The notes under the pieces are model-generated. The model was given only the letters and a program-made list of their open reading frames with translations, ran no database searches and was not told the origin of the DNA. The position numbers were made by a program, and so were the translations under genes. A DNA stretch of 54,848 bases from an uncultured virus (IMG/VR IMGVR_UViG_3300027847_001048) (taxonomy: Duplodnaviria; Heunggongvirae; Uroviricota; Caudoviricetes): the IMG/VR virus record IMGVR_UViG_3300027847_001048; one strand, 5' to 3'. Shown piece by piece: positions 43,946 through 53,229 of this stretch; positions within the stretch are counted from its first letter, which is position 1, and the number at the start of each line of letters is the position of its first letter.

Positions 43946-46405
43946 TTATCTCCCGCAGACGTGGTGTTGTTTGGCTGTGTAAACGTCAGCCACGAACGAA
44001 GCAGCCCGAAGGTCGAAGCTCTCGGTGATGTAGATCTTGCGGATCTGCCGTAGCTCTTGAGCGATACCCCTCTCGGGTTCCCCGTCAAGCCAACGCTGTT
44101 GGAGGTGACGGCAAAACGACGGGAGGCCCAGCAAGTCTTCGTGTTCACCCTCGGCATCCAAGGACACAGCCTCTTCAACCAAGGCTTCGATGGTCAGGAA
44201 GTGCTTGGAGATGCAATCGGAGCAACGCTTCTCTGGGTGGTTGAGGTGGTCTTCCAGCAGAACGATCTGCTTACAGACTTCCCGCATGTTGTAGAGCGGG
44301 GACATTAGAGGGAGAGCAGCGGTCTTCATGGGGGGTCTCCGAGCGGCTTTCATGCCGAATAGATCGGTGTTGAGGCTGGCCCTTGAGGATGCGATTCGTT
44401 GGGCGGCCCTTACGCTGACAGAGCCAGACTTCTGACGGTGGATGATCTGTCCCCGTACCTTTGGGCCGTCATAAAACCACTCGCCTGGGTTGTAGGCTTC
44501 ATAAACATCGGCAGTAGAGACCTTCGCTTTCAACACGACCGTCTCTTCTTCCTCTACTGCGGCGATATGTTCTGCGTGCCCAAGGGCAAACTTCTTCGTT
44601 CTGGTCACGTAATCCATTGGCTGGAAATGAGTGACCTCTGCAAGCACGCCCCGGTAGACCGTAACCTTGGAGAGCGGCCACGTACCTAACTCTGCAAGGC
44701 TCTTTCCCTTCTGTCGGGCGGCAGAACGCTTTGAACTGTGGTCCTTCAAGATCTGGCTGCGGAGAAGCTCTTTGAGCTTACGCCCCTTGTTGACCAAGGA
44801 CGGATCAGCGAGCAAAGCATGGCGACCGTACTCTGTGAGCCAACCACCGAGTTGACCGAGCCCCTTCTTGTCCAACTGGAGGGCCACCATCATCTCACCA
44901 AAGAACTTCTTGTCCTTGTATACGTTGCCAGGATTCTTCAGCCCACCAAGGAAGACGGTCGCCTCGTCCTGGGACAAGCCAATGGAGATCTCACGGAAGC
45001 GCAATCTCTCTTTAGGCTTGAGGAAGGATATTGTGCCGCCAACAGCGAGACCAACGTCCATGAGGTCGAACATATAGACGAAGCCCTTTTCACGGGCATG
45101 GTTGACCATGAACGATCCAAAGGTCTTCGGATGCTCCTGCATCATCTCCTTGAGGACATCGAGAACACCCAGGTCAGCCATGACATCGAGTGCCTTCTTG
45201 TACTGGGGGTTGTCCAAGATGACAGTCTTCAGGACGGTCTCTGTCTTGGAGGGGATACGTTTGAGTCCCTTGGCCTGACGCCTCGCAGCGGCAGCCGTAT
45301 CCTTGGGGAGCTTGAAGCCATACTTGAAGGCGAACTTGATCGTTCGGATGATACGGGTCGGGTCTTCCTTGAAAGTCTCATCGGGCTCCCTCGGACAACG
45401 CATCTCCCGGTTCTCAAGGTCTTTGAGCCCACACCCGGTCAGATCGATGATCTCTGCTTTGTCTGGACCGTTAGCCAAGTCCGTCAGCCGCCACATCAGA
45501 GTATTGAACGTAAACTCCCTACGGGTGGCATCATCTTCAAGAGTAGTAGGTTCGACACGGATGGGTTTGTGCCCGACGTAATCTCCCGTCGTAGGGTCTA
45601 CCTCGTATTCTTCCTTGCGAGCATTGACGATCTCAATGACCTCGCCTTCCATCTCGTAGCCATCGAGTTCCCACTGACCCTCGATGAAGATCTTGGATAC
45701 CATCAAGTTGTCAGTGACAACCTTGGTCCGAGTAGGCACAGCACGACTAATCCCGTCAGCAACCCATTCAGCGTCCTTCCCACGCATAGAGAGGGAGTCC
45801 ACCACCATGTCGATGTCCTTGATAGGCTCATCAAGTACGAAGTTGCGAACCGCCCCACCTACTACATAGACGTGACGAGCTACACCGAGCTTCTTGGTGA
45901 CTTTAGAGAGCCACTTCATCAACACCAGAGATTCAGCGTCCGTCGAAGCAACCCTGGTTTCCTCGTTTATCACTCGAACAACCTCCAAAGCATTTGGGTT
46001 GTATGTCTGGTTACCCACAGTGCTCTGCCAACCCTCCATCCAGAACCCGGCAGCACCCTTGTCGATAGCTTCCTGCCCCCAACGGTTGACGGCATCAATG
46101 AGGGATTCCCCACGGTGCATCATACGAGCCGTTCTCTTCAGATACTTGAAGCCCGGTTTCACACGAACCTCAAGTAAGGCACCACTTGGATGATATATCT
46201 GGGCATCCCCAGGTTTGTCTGTGGTCGAGATACTGGACAAGTCATGTACGAAGGTAGACTTATCCTGTTTACCACGGGGTAGCTGAAGCCCTTTACGAAG
46301 GATGTACGGCACCCTGTCCCAAGACGTTGCGTGGTACTGGACACGGGGCATCCTTCCGACCTTCAAGTAACGGTCAGCAACCTTATGGGGAGAGCCTTCG
46401 TTCAT
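43946..46405 (-). CDS. polyvalent protein: ART-like + class II tRNA nucleotidyltransferase (CCA/poly(A) polymerase family) + ART-like + Cys/His domain
   Basis: VVGGAVRN..DIDMV, RREFTFN, EDPTRIIR; YHATS..IL.KGL; VYRG..DYVT..GEWFY; start reassigned to ATG 46405 (GAGG RBS, MNEGSPHKVADRYL). Confidence 0.85.
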   Translation of the reverse strand: MNEGSPHKVADRYLKVGRMPRVQYHATSWDRVPYILRKGLQLPRGKQDKSTFVHDLSSISTTDKPGDAQIYHPSGALLEVRVKPGFKYLKRTARMMHRGESLIDAVNRWGQEAIDKGAAGFWMEGWQSTVGNQTYNPNALEVVRVINEETRVASTDAESLVLMKWLSKVTKKLGVARHVYVVGGAVRNFVLDEPIKDIDMVVDSLSMRGKDAEWVADGISRAVPTRTKVVTDNLMVSKIFIEGQWELDGYEMEGEVIEIVNARKEEYEVDPTTGDYVGHKPIRVEPTTLEDDATRREFTFNTLMWRLTDLANGPDKAEIIDLTGCGLKDLENREMRCPREPDETFKEDPTRIIRTIKFAFKYGFKLPKDTAAAARRQAKGLKRIPSKTETVLKTVILDNPQYKKALDVMADLGVLDVLKEMMQEHPKTFGSFMVNHAREKGFVYMFDLMDVGLAVGGTISFLKPKERLRFREISIGLSQDEATVFLGGLKNPGNVYKDKKFFGEMMVALQLDKKGLGQLGGWLTEYGRHALLADPSLVNKGRKLKELLRSQILKDHSSKRSAARQKGKSLAELGTWPLSKVTVYRGVLAEVTHFQPMDYVTRTKKFALGHAEHIAAVEEEETVVLKAKVSTADVYEAYNPGEWFYDGPKVRGQIIHRQKSGSVSVRAAQRIASSRASLNTDLFGMKAARRPPMKTAALPLMSPLYNMREVCKQIVLLEDHLNHPEKRCSDCISKHFLTIEALVEEAVSLDAEGEHEDLLGLPSFCRHLQQRWLDGEPERGIAQELRQIRKIYITESFDLRAASFVADVYTAKQHHVCGR

Positions 46406-46435
46406 CTGTTCCTCAATCCATACGCCATTCGAGCA

Positions 46436-46464
46436 TCTACCAACGACTACCCATAGCCAACCTA
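46436..46464 (-). promoter_or_regulatory. class II promoter-like motif
   Basis: TA-ggttggc-TAT-gggtagtcgttg-GTAGA. Confidence 0.6.
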
Positions 46465-46493
46465 CCGTTACCCCCTCCGTGCTTCGGAGAGTC

Positions 46494-46538
46494 ATCGTTT
46501 GCGGAAGTACCCATCGTAAAGGTACCTCCGCAAACGAT
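46494..46538. repeat. 18-bp inverted repeat
   Basis: ATCGTTTGCGGAAGTACC-N9-GGTACCTCCGCAAACGAT (one mismatch). Confidence 0.85.
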
Positions 46539-46544
46539 ACAGTC

Positions 46545-46760
46545 AGCCCCCCTATCCCTCACTACATTCTCAATGAGCAAAAAACTTGCCCAAGTACCTT
46601 TCCTTCGATAGTGAGGGGAACCCCCCTGACCCTTCTCGACCCACCTGCTCATTCCCCCCCTCCTTCCCACCTAACATTCCCCCCCTCACCTCAACTTATG
46701 AACAACATCCCCTCCCTCAATGCCCCGTTTTATCTTCCTGCCTCTCCCCCACCCCTCAAA
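46545..46760. other. C-run-rich, G-poor non-coding tract
   Basis: Many C3-C7 runs on the + strand in the divergent intergenic region. Confidence 0.75.
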
Positions 46761-47193
46761 ATGTTCGACATTAGTTTCAGGGATGTGACCCCGGCACTAA
46801 AGGGCTATGGACCCTCCATGCAGAGAGCACGGGAAAATCCTTTCAGTCGGTGCTTGCGCGTATGGAATGACCTATGGTTATATCCTCACCACGTTCAATG
46901 GGGGGGAACTATTGGTAAACAGGGGGATTACAAGCCGCTATCCAGGGGATCAGAATCGGTGGCTTTCTTACTGCCTTATTGCCCAGAGAGTGCCTACCCT
47001 CGGAACTTCGGAAGGTTTTACCCTCCAAGCCCTCGGTAGAATCAAACTCACACGGAGAATGTTTCGGGAAAGTTTCAATGATTTCCTCGGCGGACCCTGG
47101 ATTCTGTCACTGAATCAGCCATCATGGAAACTTTCACCAAACTTCGGACCCAACTTCGCAAAACTTGAAACTTGAAAGGAGGCCAGAACAAAA

Positions 47194-48261
47194 ATGAAAT
47201 CAGTCGCAGCAGCAGAACCATCCGTAGCCGTAGCAGAGTCAGTAATGATGATGTCCGGTATGGGCCATGAGCCCAACTTTTATTCACGTTACGAGCACGG
47301 GTGCCGTCCCGTATGGATCGCCGAGTCAAAGGGAACCAAGACCTACAAGGTCAAGTTCGAGGAACAGGTCGTCGAGTATCCCTCGACCCGCCAACTCCTT
47401 ATGGCCCTGGACCCTCGGGGTAAGGACAACCACCTCACGTTTGACCGCTACTTCAGGACGGGGCGTTTCCAACCCAAAGAGAAGTACGGTCTCCTTGACC
47501 TGCTCGCTCCGGTTGAGAACCCCATCATCCTTCCGACCGATCTGACGCTTGACCAGAAGATCTCTCGCCCTCGGGTGAAGAAATCTTCCAAAGAGATCTC
47601 GGTCGCTCCGGCGGTCGCTCCGGCAATCGCTCCATCCCAGATCATCGATGTCTCCACAGCAGAGCTTGGGATCGACTTGGCTAAACGGGGACACGAAGTA
47701 GCCAAACTCATGTACGCAGGCTTCGCTCGCCGCATCTTGAGGGCAGGCTACGATCCAGAAGACGTGCTCCAGGATGTCTACCGGGGCATCCTGGCACGCA
47801 ACATCGGCATCTGCCCCTTCGATGTTCGTAAGTCATCCTTCGGTCATTACGTCCACATGGTCATCGGCTGTGTGCTTTCCAACTTTCATCGGCGAGAGCA
47901 ACGACGCATGGACCGAGAGAAGGTCGGTGTGATGAGCTACACCGACGATGGCTGGAGGAATGTCGATGTCGCAGAAGCTAATATCGGCGATACCAAGATG
48001 GCTGCTCCTCGGTTCGCTGCGGAGATGGATCATGCACAGAACTCACTGCTGGACTTCCTCGAACCCGAGAACCCCAAAGCCCGGGAGTTCATCCTCGCTC
48101 GCCAAGTCCTGCCGCTGGTCCAACTCGGGATGTCCCGTAAAGAAATCGCTGCCGAGATTGGCGTCAGCCGCTCCACGGTCTCCAAGGTCTTGGCCTTCAT
48201 CAAGACGGGTGCCCGTGAGTGGGGCCTTGTCGAAGGAATCTTTCGGGGGGCCTCGGTATGA
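47194..48261 (+). CDS. sigma-70/ECF-like sigma factor with N-terminal extension
   Basis: Region 2-like DPEDVLQDVY..FD..SSFGHYV; region 4 HTH GMSRKEIAAEIGVSRSTVSK; AAGGAGG RBS. Confidence 0.8.
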   Translation: MKSVAAAEPSVAVAESVMMMSGMGHEPNFYSRYEHGCRPVWIAESKGTKTYKVKFEEQVVEYPSTRQLLMALDPRGKDNHLTFDRYFRTGRFQPKEKYGLLDLLAPVENPIILPTDLTLDQKISRPRVKKSSKEISVAPAVAPAIAPSQIIDVSTAELGIDLAKRGHEVAKLMYAGFARRILRAGYDPEDVLQDVYRGILARNIGICPFDVRKSSFGHYVHMVIGCVLSNFHRREQRRMDREKVGVMSYTDDGWRNVDVAEANIGDTKMAAPRFAAEMDHAQNSLLDFLEPENPKAREFILARQVLPLVQLGMSRKEIAAEIGVSRSTVSKVLAFIKTGAREWGLVEGIFRGASV

Positions 48262-48584
48262 ACGAACCTGTCTACGACATGCTGTTGAGCAGGGGCATCC
48301 AGGCGGAGGTGCAGTTCCCTGCTGATACTGCCATCGAGATTGCCAAGGCGATTCGAGGCAAGGGCTTCCGAGCGGATACGATGGGTGGCCGCATCGGTGT
48401 GACGAAGACCATCCCTGTACCCTTCAGCGAGAGGATAGAGCTACGGCACGCCGTAGGGTCGATGGTCGTTGATCACGACGGCATCGTGTTCTCGGGGTTC
48501 TATACAAAGAAGTCTGAAGTGATCGACAAGGTGCTCAACGCAGTGATCACCACCTTGCGTCAGAGATGCCACACCCACGCTTGA
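48258..48584 (+). CDS. hypothetical protein
   Basis: ATGA overlap with the sigma gene. Confidence 0.65.
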   Translation: MNEPVYDMLLSRGIQAEVQFPADTAIEIAKAIRGKGFRADTMGGRIGVTKTIPVPFSERIELRHAVGSMVVDHDGIVFSGFYTKKSEVIDKVLNAVITTLRQRCHTHA

Positions 48585-49374
48585 CCCCCCTGTATATGGA
48601 TACCAAGTCACGACCCGGCTGCTGATGATGATGGCCTGGGCCGGAGACCGTTTTGAGATCAAAGTGCTCTGAACGACTGGTTTGATCTCAAAACCGCCCC
48701 CGGACCAACTGCCCAATATCGGACAAACTTTCTCAACTTTCTTCGATATGCCCGTAATGACTGGGGTTTCGAGCGATGTCCCTGGCTCCTGGTCCGCCGT
48801 CCCGAGACATCCGATGATCCAAGCAAAACGGACCCATGTCCGCCCCAGAATATCCTGTCGTTCTGTATAGGTTGGGCCAAAGAGAAAACCCCCGAGAGCC
48901 GGTTGGCTTCGGGGGTCTATATCTCGAACCGTATATTCCTACGGTTGAGTTATGCGGTCTACGATATGGCTACCCATTCATGCGGATTCAACCCGCTCAT
49001 CCCAAAACAGTTCACACTCATCGTCTGGGTCGAGTGGTGCCTCAATCCATGACTGCCGCTGGCCCGCTTCAGCCGTGTAGCGATAGCAGTGGGCACGCAT
49101 TGGGCATGTTCTTTTGTCGGTCGTTTCACCGACGCATTTTGCAATATCAGTCATAGCGTAGCCTCGGGGCGGTGCCGATAGAGCACAACTGCTGTCCCAA
49201 AAGTAATCACTTACCGCCGATTGTTGACCAAATGGTCCCGGTTGAGTCCACGGTCAAACACCCTTATTTAGACAAGGCGTAGCCTTCTCGGCCATCCTCT
49301 CACGCAGTATCTTTTGAGCTTCAAGATACAGGTCACGGTGCTCAACAAGGCGGTCCAACTCCAGCCTTGCTCCC

Positions 49375-49707
49375 CTACTCGGTCTGCTCGGCCTGCTTCG
49401 TGGTGATCATGTGCTTGTAGTACCTGACGTTCCACGCTGTACCTGGAGCCGTAGCCTTGTCGTACCAGTTCATCAGGGTTCCTACGTTCATGCCCATCAT
49501 GTCGGCAGCGATGAAGCGGGTGCCGCCATTTCGTTCGATTGCAGAGAGGACACCGATGGCGGCCTCTCGCTCGCACTGCTCATAGGATATCCGCTTGGCT
49601 ACACCCTGGAAGCGGCGGGCTTTGGTGTGCATGTGGATGCAAGCATCCAGAACCTCCTGTGGGGTCATCTCCCTCTCGTCGTGATTGTTATTCTCTAACA
49701 TTGTCAT
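49375..49707 (-). CDS. hypothetical protein, possible HTH
   Basis: GGTRFIAADMMGMNVGTLMNW resembles a Fis-type HTH. Confidence 0.55.
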   Translation of the reverse strand: MTMLENNNHDEREMTPQEVLDACIHMHTKARRFQGVAKRISYEQCEREAAIGVLSAIERNGGTRFIAADMMGMNVGTLMNWYDKATAPGTAWNVRYYKHMITTKQAEQTE

Positions 49708-49756
49708 ATCAATCTGGACCTCGAATGTGGTTGTGGTTGTGGTTGATTTGCGATGA

Positions 49757-50104
49757 CTACACTTTCCAATCGGGATCGTAGTCAGCGACGGTACGTGTGA
49801 CCGCTGTAATGATGTCGTCCTTTTCCTCCTTGGATAGAACCAGGGGGGTCAGGTCATCCTCTCGGACGGCTGACAGGAACTCAATGATGTGCTGGCCGTT
49901 CACGATGTCATAATCGGTGGGGATGTGAATCTCCCAAACCGAGACAATGGTGGGGTCGCTTGCTTCACCGTCATCCCGGGACTTCCAACACTTGATGACA
50001 GTACGACCATCGGTCGTCTCGTTTCTCTCTACTCGCATTTCGTTTGCTCCTTCGCATGTGTGGGTCTCCTTGGTGACGTTCTGCCACTCGGGTTGGGGGT
50101 TCAC
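49757..50104 (-). CDS. hypothetical protein
   Basis: Follows a class I motif; start uncertain. Confidence 0.6.
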   Translation of the reverse strand: MNPQPEWQNVTKETHTCEGANEMRVERNETTDGRTVIKCWKSRDDGEASDPTIVSVWEIHIPTDYDIVNGQHIIEFLSAVREDDLTPLVLSKEEKDDIITAVTRTVADYDPDWKV

Positions 50105-50107
50105 ACC

Positions 50108-50134
50108 GTCTACCCTCGATCCACAAAGAGTAAC
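50108..50134 (-). promoter_or_regulatory. class I promoter-like motif
   Basis: GTTACTCT..GGTAGAC. Confidence 0.7.
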
Positions 50135-50393
50135 GATCTTTCTTCACCTGACTTCAGGTGAGGTAAGTTTGTCCCCTCTGATTCTGGTTGCTTCAGGTAC
50201 AGATCACAATGATCCTGATGTCACGAGTCAGAGTGAATGATCCAAAAACTACTGTCTCTGAGGGATCTCTCAGAGATGCCCAAAAAGGGGCCGAAAAAGC
50301 GCAGCGATTACAGGTACTTACAAAGGTGTCTTTTTAGCTCTAAAAGAGCTTTTAGTTTGGGGTGTAGATCAACCTGCAATAAGGCTCTTCGAG

Positions 50394-50476
50394 GGTGGCC
50401 GAACGGTGGCCGAACGGTGGCCGAACGGTGGCCGAACGAGTACGCAGAAGTACGGAAGTAAGTACGCAGAAGTACG
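50394..50476. repeat. tandem repeats
   Basis: GGTGGCCGAAC x4 (50394-50437); AGTACGCAGAAGTACG x2 (50439, 50461). Confidence 0.9.
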
Positions 50477-50477
50477 C

Positions 50478-50527
50478 AAGACAAAGAGAAGCCCCCGACC
50501 GGGAAGGGAATCTCGGTCGGGGGCTTC
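50478..50527 (-). terminator. Rho-independent terminator of the VWA gene
   Basis: GAAGCCCCCGACCGGGA/TCTCGGTCGGGGGCTTC stem with a T-rich tail on the minus strand. Confidence 0.8.
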
Positions 50528-50570
50528 AGGGGTTGACGGGGGTTCGCCGTTGAAGGCGGAAGGGTTGGCG

Positions 50571-53159
50571 TTACCCCGTCCGACGCATCTTGCGTCCTCG
50601 CTTGCCTGCTGAACGGGCATCCAGCAGATTGTTCATCTTGGCGACCAGTTGCTTGGGAAGCTCGGAGGCTTCGCCGTACACATAGTCGGGGAATAGGTCT
50701 GTGACGTAGCAGGCTCCGCTTCCGATGCCCACGCCGATGACGTGGATGCCTGCTTCCTTGGCAAGCCGGATCTGGCGGCGAATGACCGGCTCATGTCCAC
50801 CATCGGGGCAGCCGTCAGTGATGACGAACAGCACTCGGTAAGCCTCTCGGCGGGTGTTGAGAGCGTCCAGAGCGAACTGGATGCCATCGGCCATCGGGGT
50901 TGAACCCTCGGCGATGGTGTTGGCGAACCGCCACTTGACTGACTGGAACCGCTCGTCGAAGCCCTTGAACACGTCGTTCCGAACACCGTGGTAGCGATGG
51001 TACTCCTTGCCATAGCCGTCTCGGGGTCCACGGTAGCTATCGTAGTCACCGTAGTTGCCGTTTCGGAATCCGCTCACCTGCGTCTTGACTCCCAAGGAAT
51101 CCAGAGGCTCGGTGATCGCCATCAGCATACGGGTGGCGTCCTTGAGCAGCCCGCCCATCGAGCTTGACTCATCAAGGACAACCGCAGCCGCCATGCTCGT
51201 ATCGAACTGGTCGTCTCGGTCGTAGTATGCACGGTCGGGGGTCTCGCCACTTCGGAGAGCACAGTAGCTATCTACCAGCATACGCTCGGAGAGGTCACGC
51301 CCTTGCCGCACACCATGAACCGTGTGGGTCATCTCCATCGCCTTGACGATGTTACGGAGACGGGCTCGCAGGTATGAAGCCTCGTCCTTGACGCTTGTCA
51401 GGACTCGCTTGGCCTTGCGGTCGTCTTCGCCCTGACCCTTGTAGGTCGGGGAGATAAACTCAACGCTGTCGAGGTTACGGTCGTAAGGCTTGTAGCGGCG
51501 TTCGCCGTCCTCCACCGAACCCTCTCGGATCTCTTCCTTCTCGACCTCGGCATCGAACTCCTGGCCCAACGCATCGTTGTTGTCGAGCATCCCGTCAGTG
51601 CCGTCCTTGCCGTCCTTCAGTGCTTCCTGCACGAAATCTTGGTACTCGGTACGGTCGGGGTTGTCACCCACATCACAGTGGCCGCCACCCTGGTTGGAAT
51701 CGTTCTCTTGGGTCGGGTCAAATCCGCCCTCGGTCTTATCATCGATCTTGGCATCGTGGTCCTTGGCAGACTCGTCCTTGGCTGGACCTTCGTCTTCACC
51801 GGGCTCACCGTCTTCGTCGGAGTCGGAATCCTTGTCGGAATCCTTGTCGGAATCCTCGCCCTCGGCGTCCTCGCCCTCGGCGTCCTTGTCGGAATCCTCA
51901 TCGGACTCGTCACCCTCGGAGCTACCCTCGGACTCGTCACCCTCTTCGTCGGTGTCCTCACCCTTGGAGCCTTCGCCCTCGGTATCATCGTCGGACTCGT
52001 CATCGGACTCGTCGGAACCCTCTCCCTTGCCGGAACCCTCTTGGGGCTCAAGGTCGGAATCGATGTTGTCGCCTTCGCCCTGACCATCGCCTTCAACGAT
52101 CTCGACTTCCTCTTGGTGTCCACAGACCGTACAGGTCAGCAGAGCGTGGCTCTCGTCCTTGTTCCCGTAGTATCCAGCCTTGGCACGGATACGGAGCTTA
52201 TCAGCGGAGGCACCGCAAGACGGGCATACGGTCTTACCCTTGCCTTCACCCTTGCCTTCACCCTCGCCTTCACCCTCGCCTTCACCCTCGCCTTCACCCT
52301 CGCCTTCTCCATCGGAGATCTCGGCGAGCAGGATCAGTACGTCCATCGCCAGCCCGATGCAGCCCATGTCGTCTGCACGGTCCAGAGCGATGGCTTGACG
52401 CAGGTACGGGGACAGGGGACCGTCGAGAACCAATGCGGTAGCCTCGGGGCTTTCCTCGCCATACTTGGAGAGCGCAGCTTCCTGCTTTGTAGTCTTGTAG
52501 CCAAGCCCAACGTCACGGAAGACGGAGCAGACAGTCGTCATGGCGTTGCTCGTCGGCATCCCGTGGGCTCGGGCGTTCTCTCGCCCATCGGCCTCAAGGT
52601 CGAGGATGAAGTCTTGGAGATCGGCCATCTTGTTGCGGGTTCCTGGGAACTCGGCGCAGCCAAGACGCTCGATACGGATGTCTTCGATCAGGTTCGACCA
52701 CTCCATGAGCAGCTTGTAAAACTTGCTCCAGTCGTCCACCTGTGCCCATCGGGGCAGGATGATGGAGACGCACTCATCGACGCTCAACTCACGTCGAGCG
52801 GAGTAGAGCGTGTGCCATGCTTCGTGGTAGCCACCACCCACCAGAGCCATCGCCGTCCGGTCGGATAGCTTGTCGGGGGTCGATGCGATCACAATCGCCG
52901 GGGCGGGAACATGCTCGCCATTGGCGGCATAGACCCAACGCTCAACGTCAGTATGGGTTGGGATGCACTCGGGGTTTTTGTGAGCCCACTCGCACATGAG
53001 GGACAGCACCTTGCGTCCGGTCCAACGGTCCTTGTTGTAAAACCGATGTCCCTTGTCCACAACGGGTCGCCGGATGCCTACTGGCAGTACGGCATTGACC
53101 GTCTGTTCGTGCGTAGCTTTGATTGCGTTACGCTGCTGGATGTTTAGTTGACGTGTCAT
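50571..53159 (-). CDS. CobT/NorD-like VWA protein with N-terminal HExxH domain, Zn ribbon and acidic linker
   Basis: YHEAWH..IEDIRIE; (GE)n; CPSC..CTVC; MIDAS VLDESSSM, GSTP, ITDG. Confidence 0.85.
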   Translation of the reverse strand: MTRQLNIQQRNAIKATHEQTVNAVLPVGIRRPVVDKGHRFYNKDRWTGRKVLSLMCEWAHKNPECIPTHTDVERWVYAANGEHVPAPAIVIASTPDKLSDRTAMALVGGGYHEAWHTLYSARRELSVDECVSIILPRWAQVDDWSKFYKLLMEWSNLIEDIRIERLGCAEFPGTRNKMADLQDFILDLEADGRENARAHGMPTSNAMTTVCSVFRDVGLGYKTTKQEAALSKYGEESPEATALVLDGPLSPYLRQAIALDRADDMGCIGLAMDVLILLAEISDGEGEGEGEGEGEGEGEGEGKGEGKGKTVCPSCGASADKLRIRAKAGYYGNKDESHALLTCTVCGHQEEVEIVEGDGQGEGDNIDSDLEPQEGSGKGEGSDESDDESDDDTEGEGSKGEDTDEEGDESEGSSEGDESDEDSDKDAEGEDAEGEDSDKDSDKDSDSDEDGEPGEDEGPAKDESAKDHDAKIDDKTEGGFDPTQENDSNQGGGHCDVGDNPDRTEYQDFVQEALKDGKDGTDGMLDNNDALGQEFDAEVEKEEIREGSVEDGERRYKPYDRNLDSVEFISPTYKGQGEDDRKAKRVLTSVKDEASYLRARLRNIVKAMEMTHTVHGVRQGRDLSERMLVDSYCALRSGETPDRAYYDRDDQFDTSMAAAVVLDESSSMGGLLKDATRMLMAITEPLDSLGVKTQVSGFRNGNYGDYDSYRGPRDGYGKEYHRYHGVRNDVFKGFDERFQSVKWRFANTIAEGSTPMADGIQFALDALNTRREAYRVLFVITDGCPDGGHEPVIRRQIRLAKEAGIHVIGVGIGSGACYVTDLFPDYVYGEASELPKQLVAKMNNLLDARSAGKRGRKMRRTG

Positions 53160-53200
53160 TGGTTTCCCTTCCTATGAACCTTCGATGTGCCCTTCACTCT

Positions 53201-53227
53201 GTCTACCCTGATGGATCGAAAAGTAAC
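53201..53227 (-). promoter_or_regulatory. class I promoter-like motif
   Basis: GTTACTTT..GGTAGAC. Confidence 0.75.
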
Positions 53228-53229
53228 CG

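Noticed and set aside
46479..47039. 186-aa Pro-rich ORF
   Set aside because: It is a translation of the C-run tract, with no RBS or recognisable motif.
48600..49370. Several short overlapping ORFs
   Set aside because: I could not determine which frame, if any, is real.
34324..50476. Borg-like element suggested by scattered tandem repeats
   Set aside because: The repeats are few and short, and the gene content (peptidoglycan amidase, sigma factor, LonA, lipoproteins) is bacterial-phage type.
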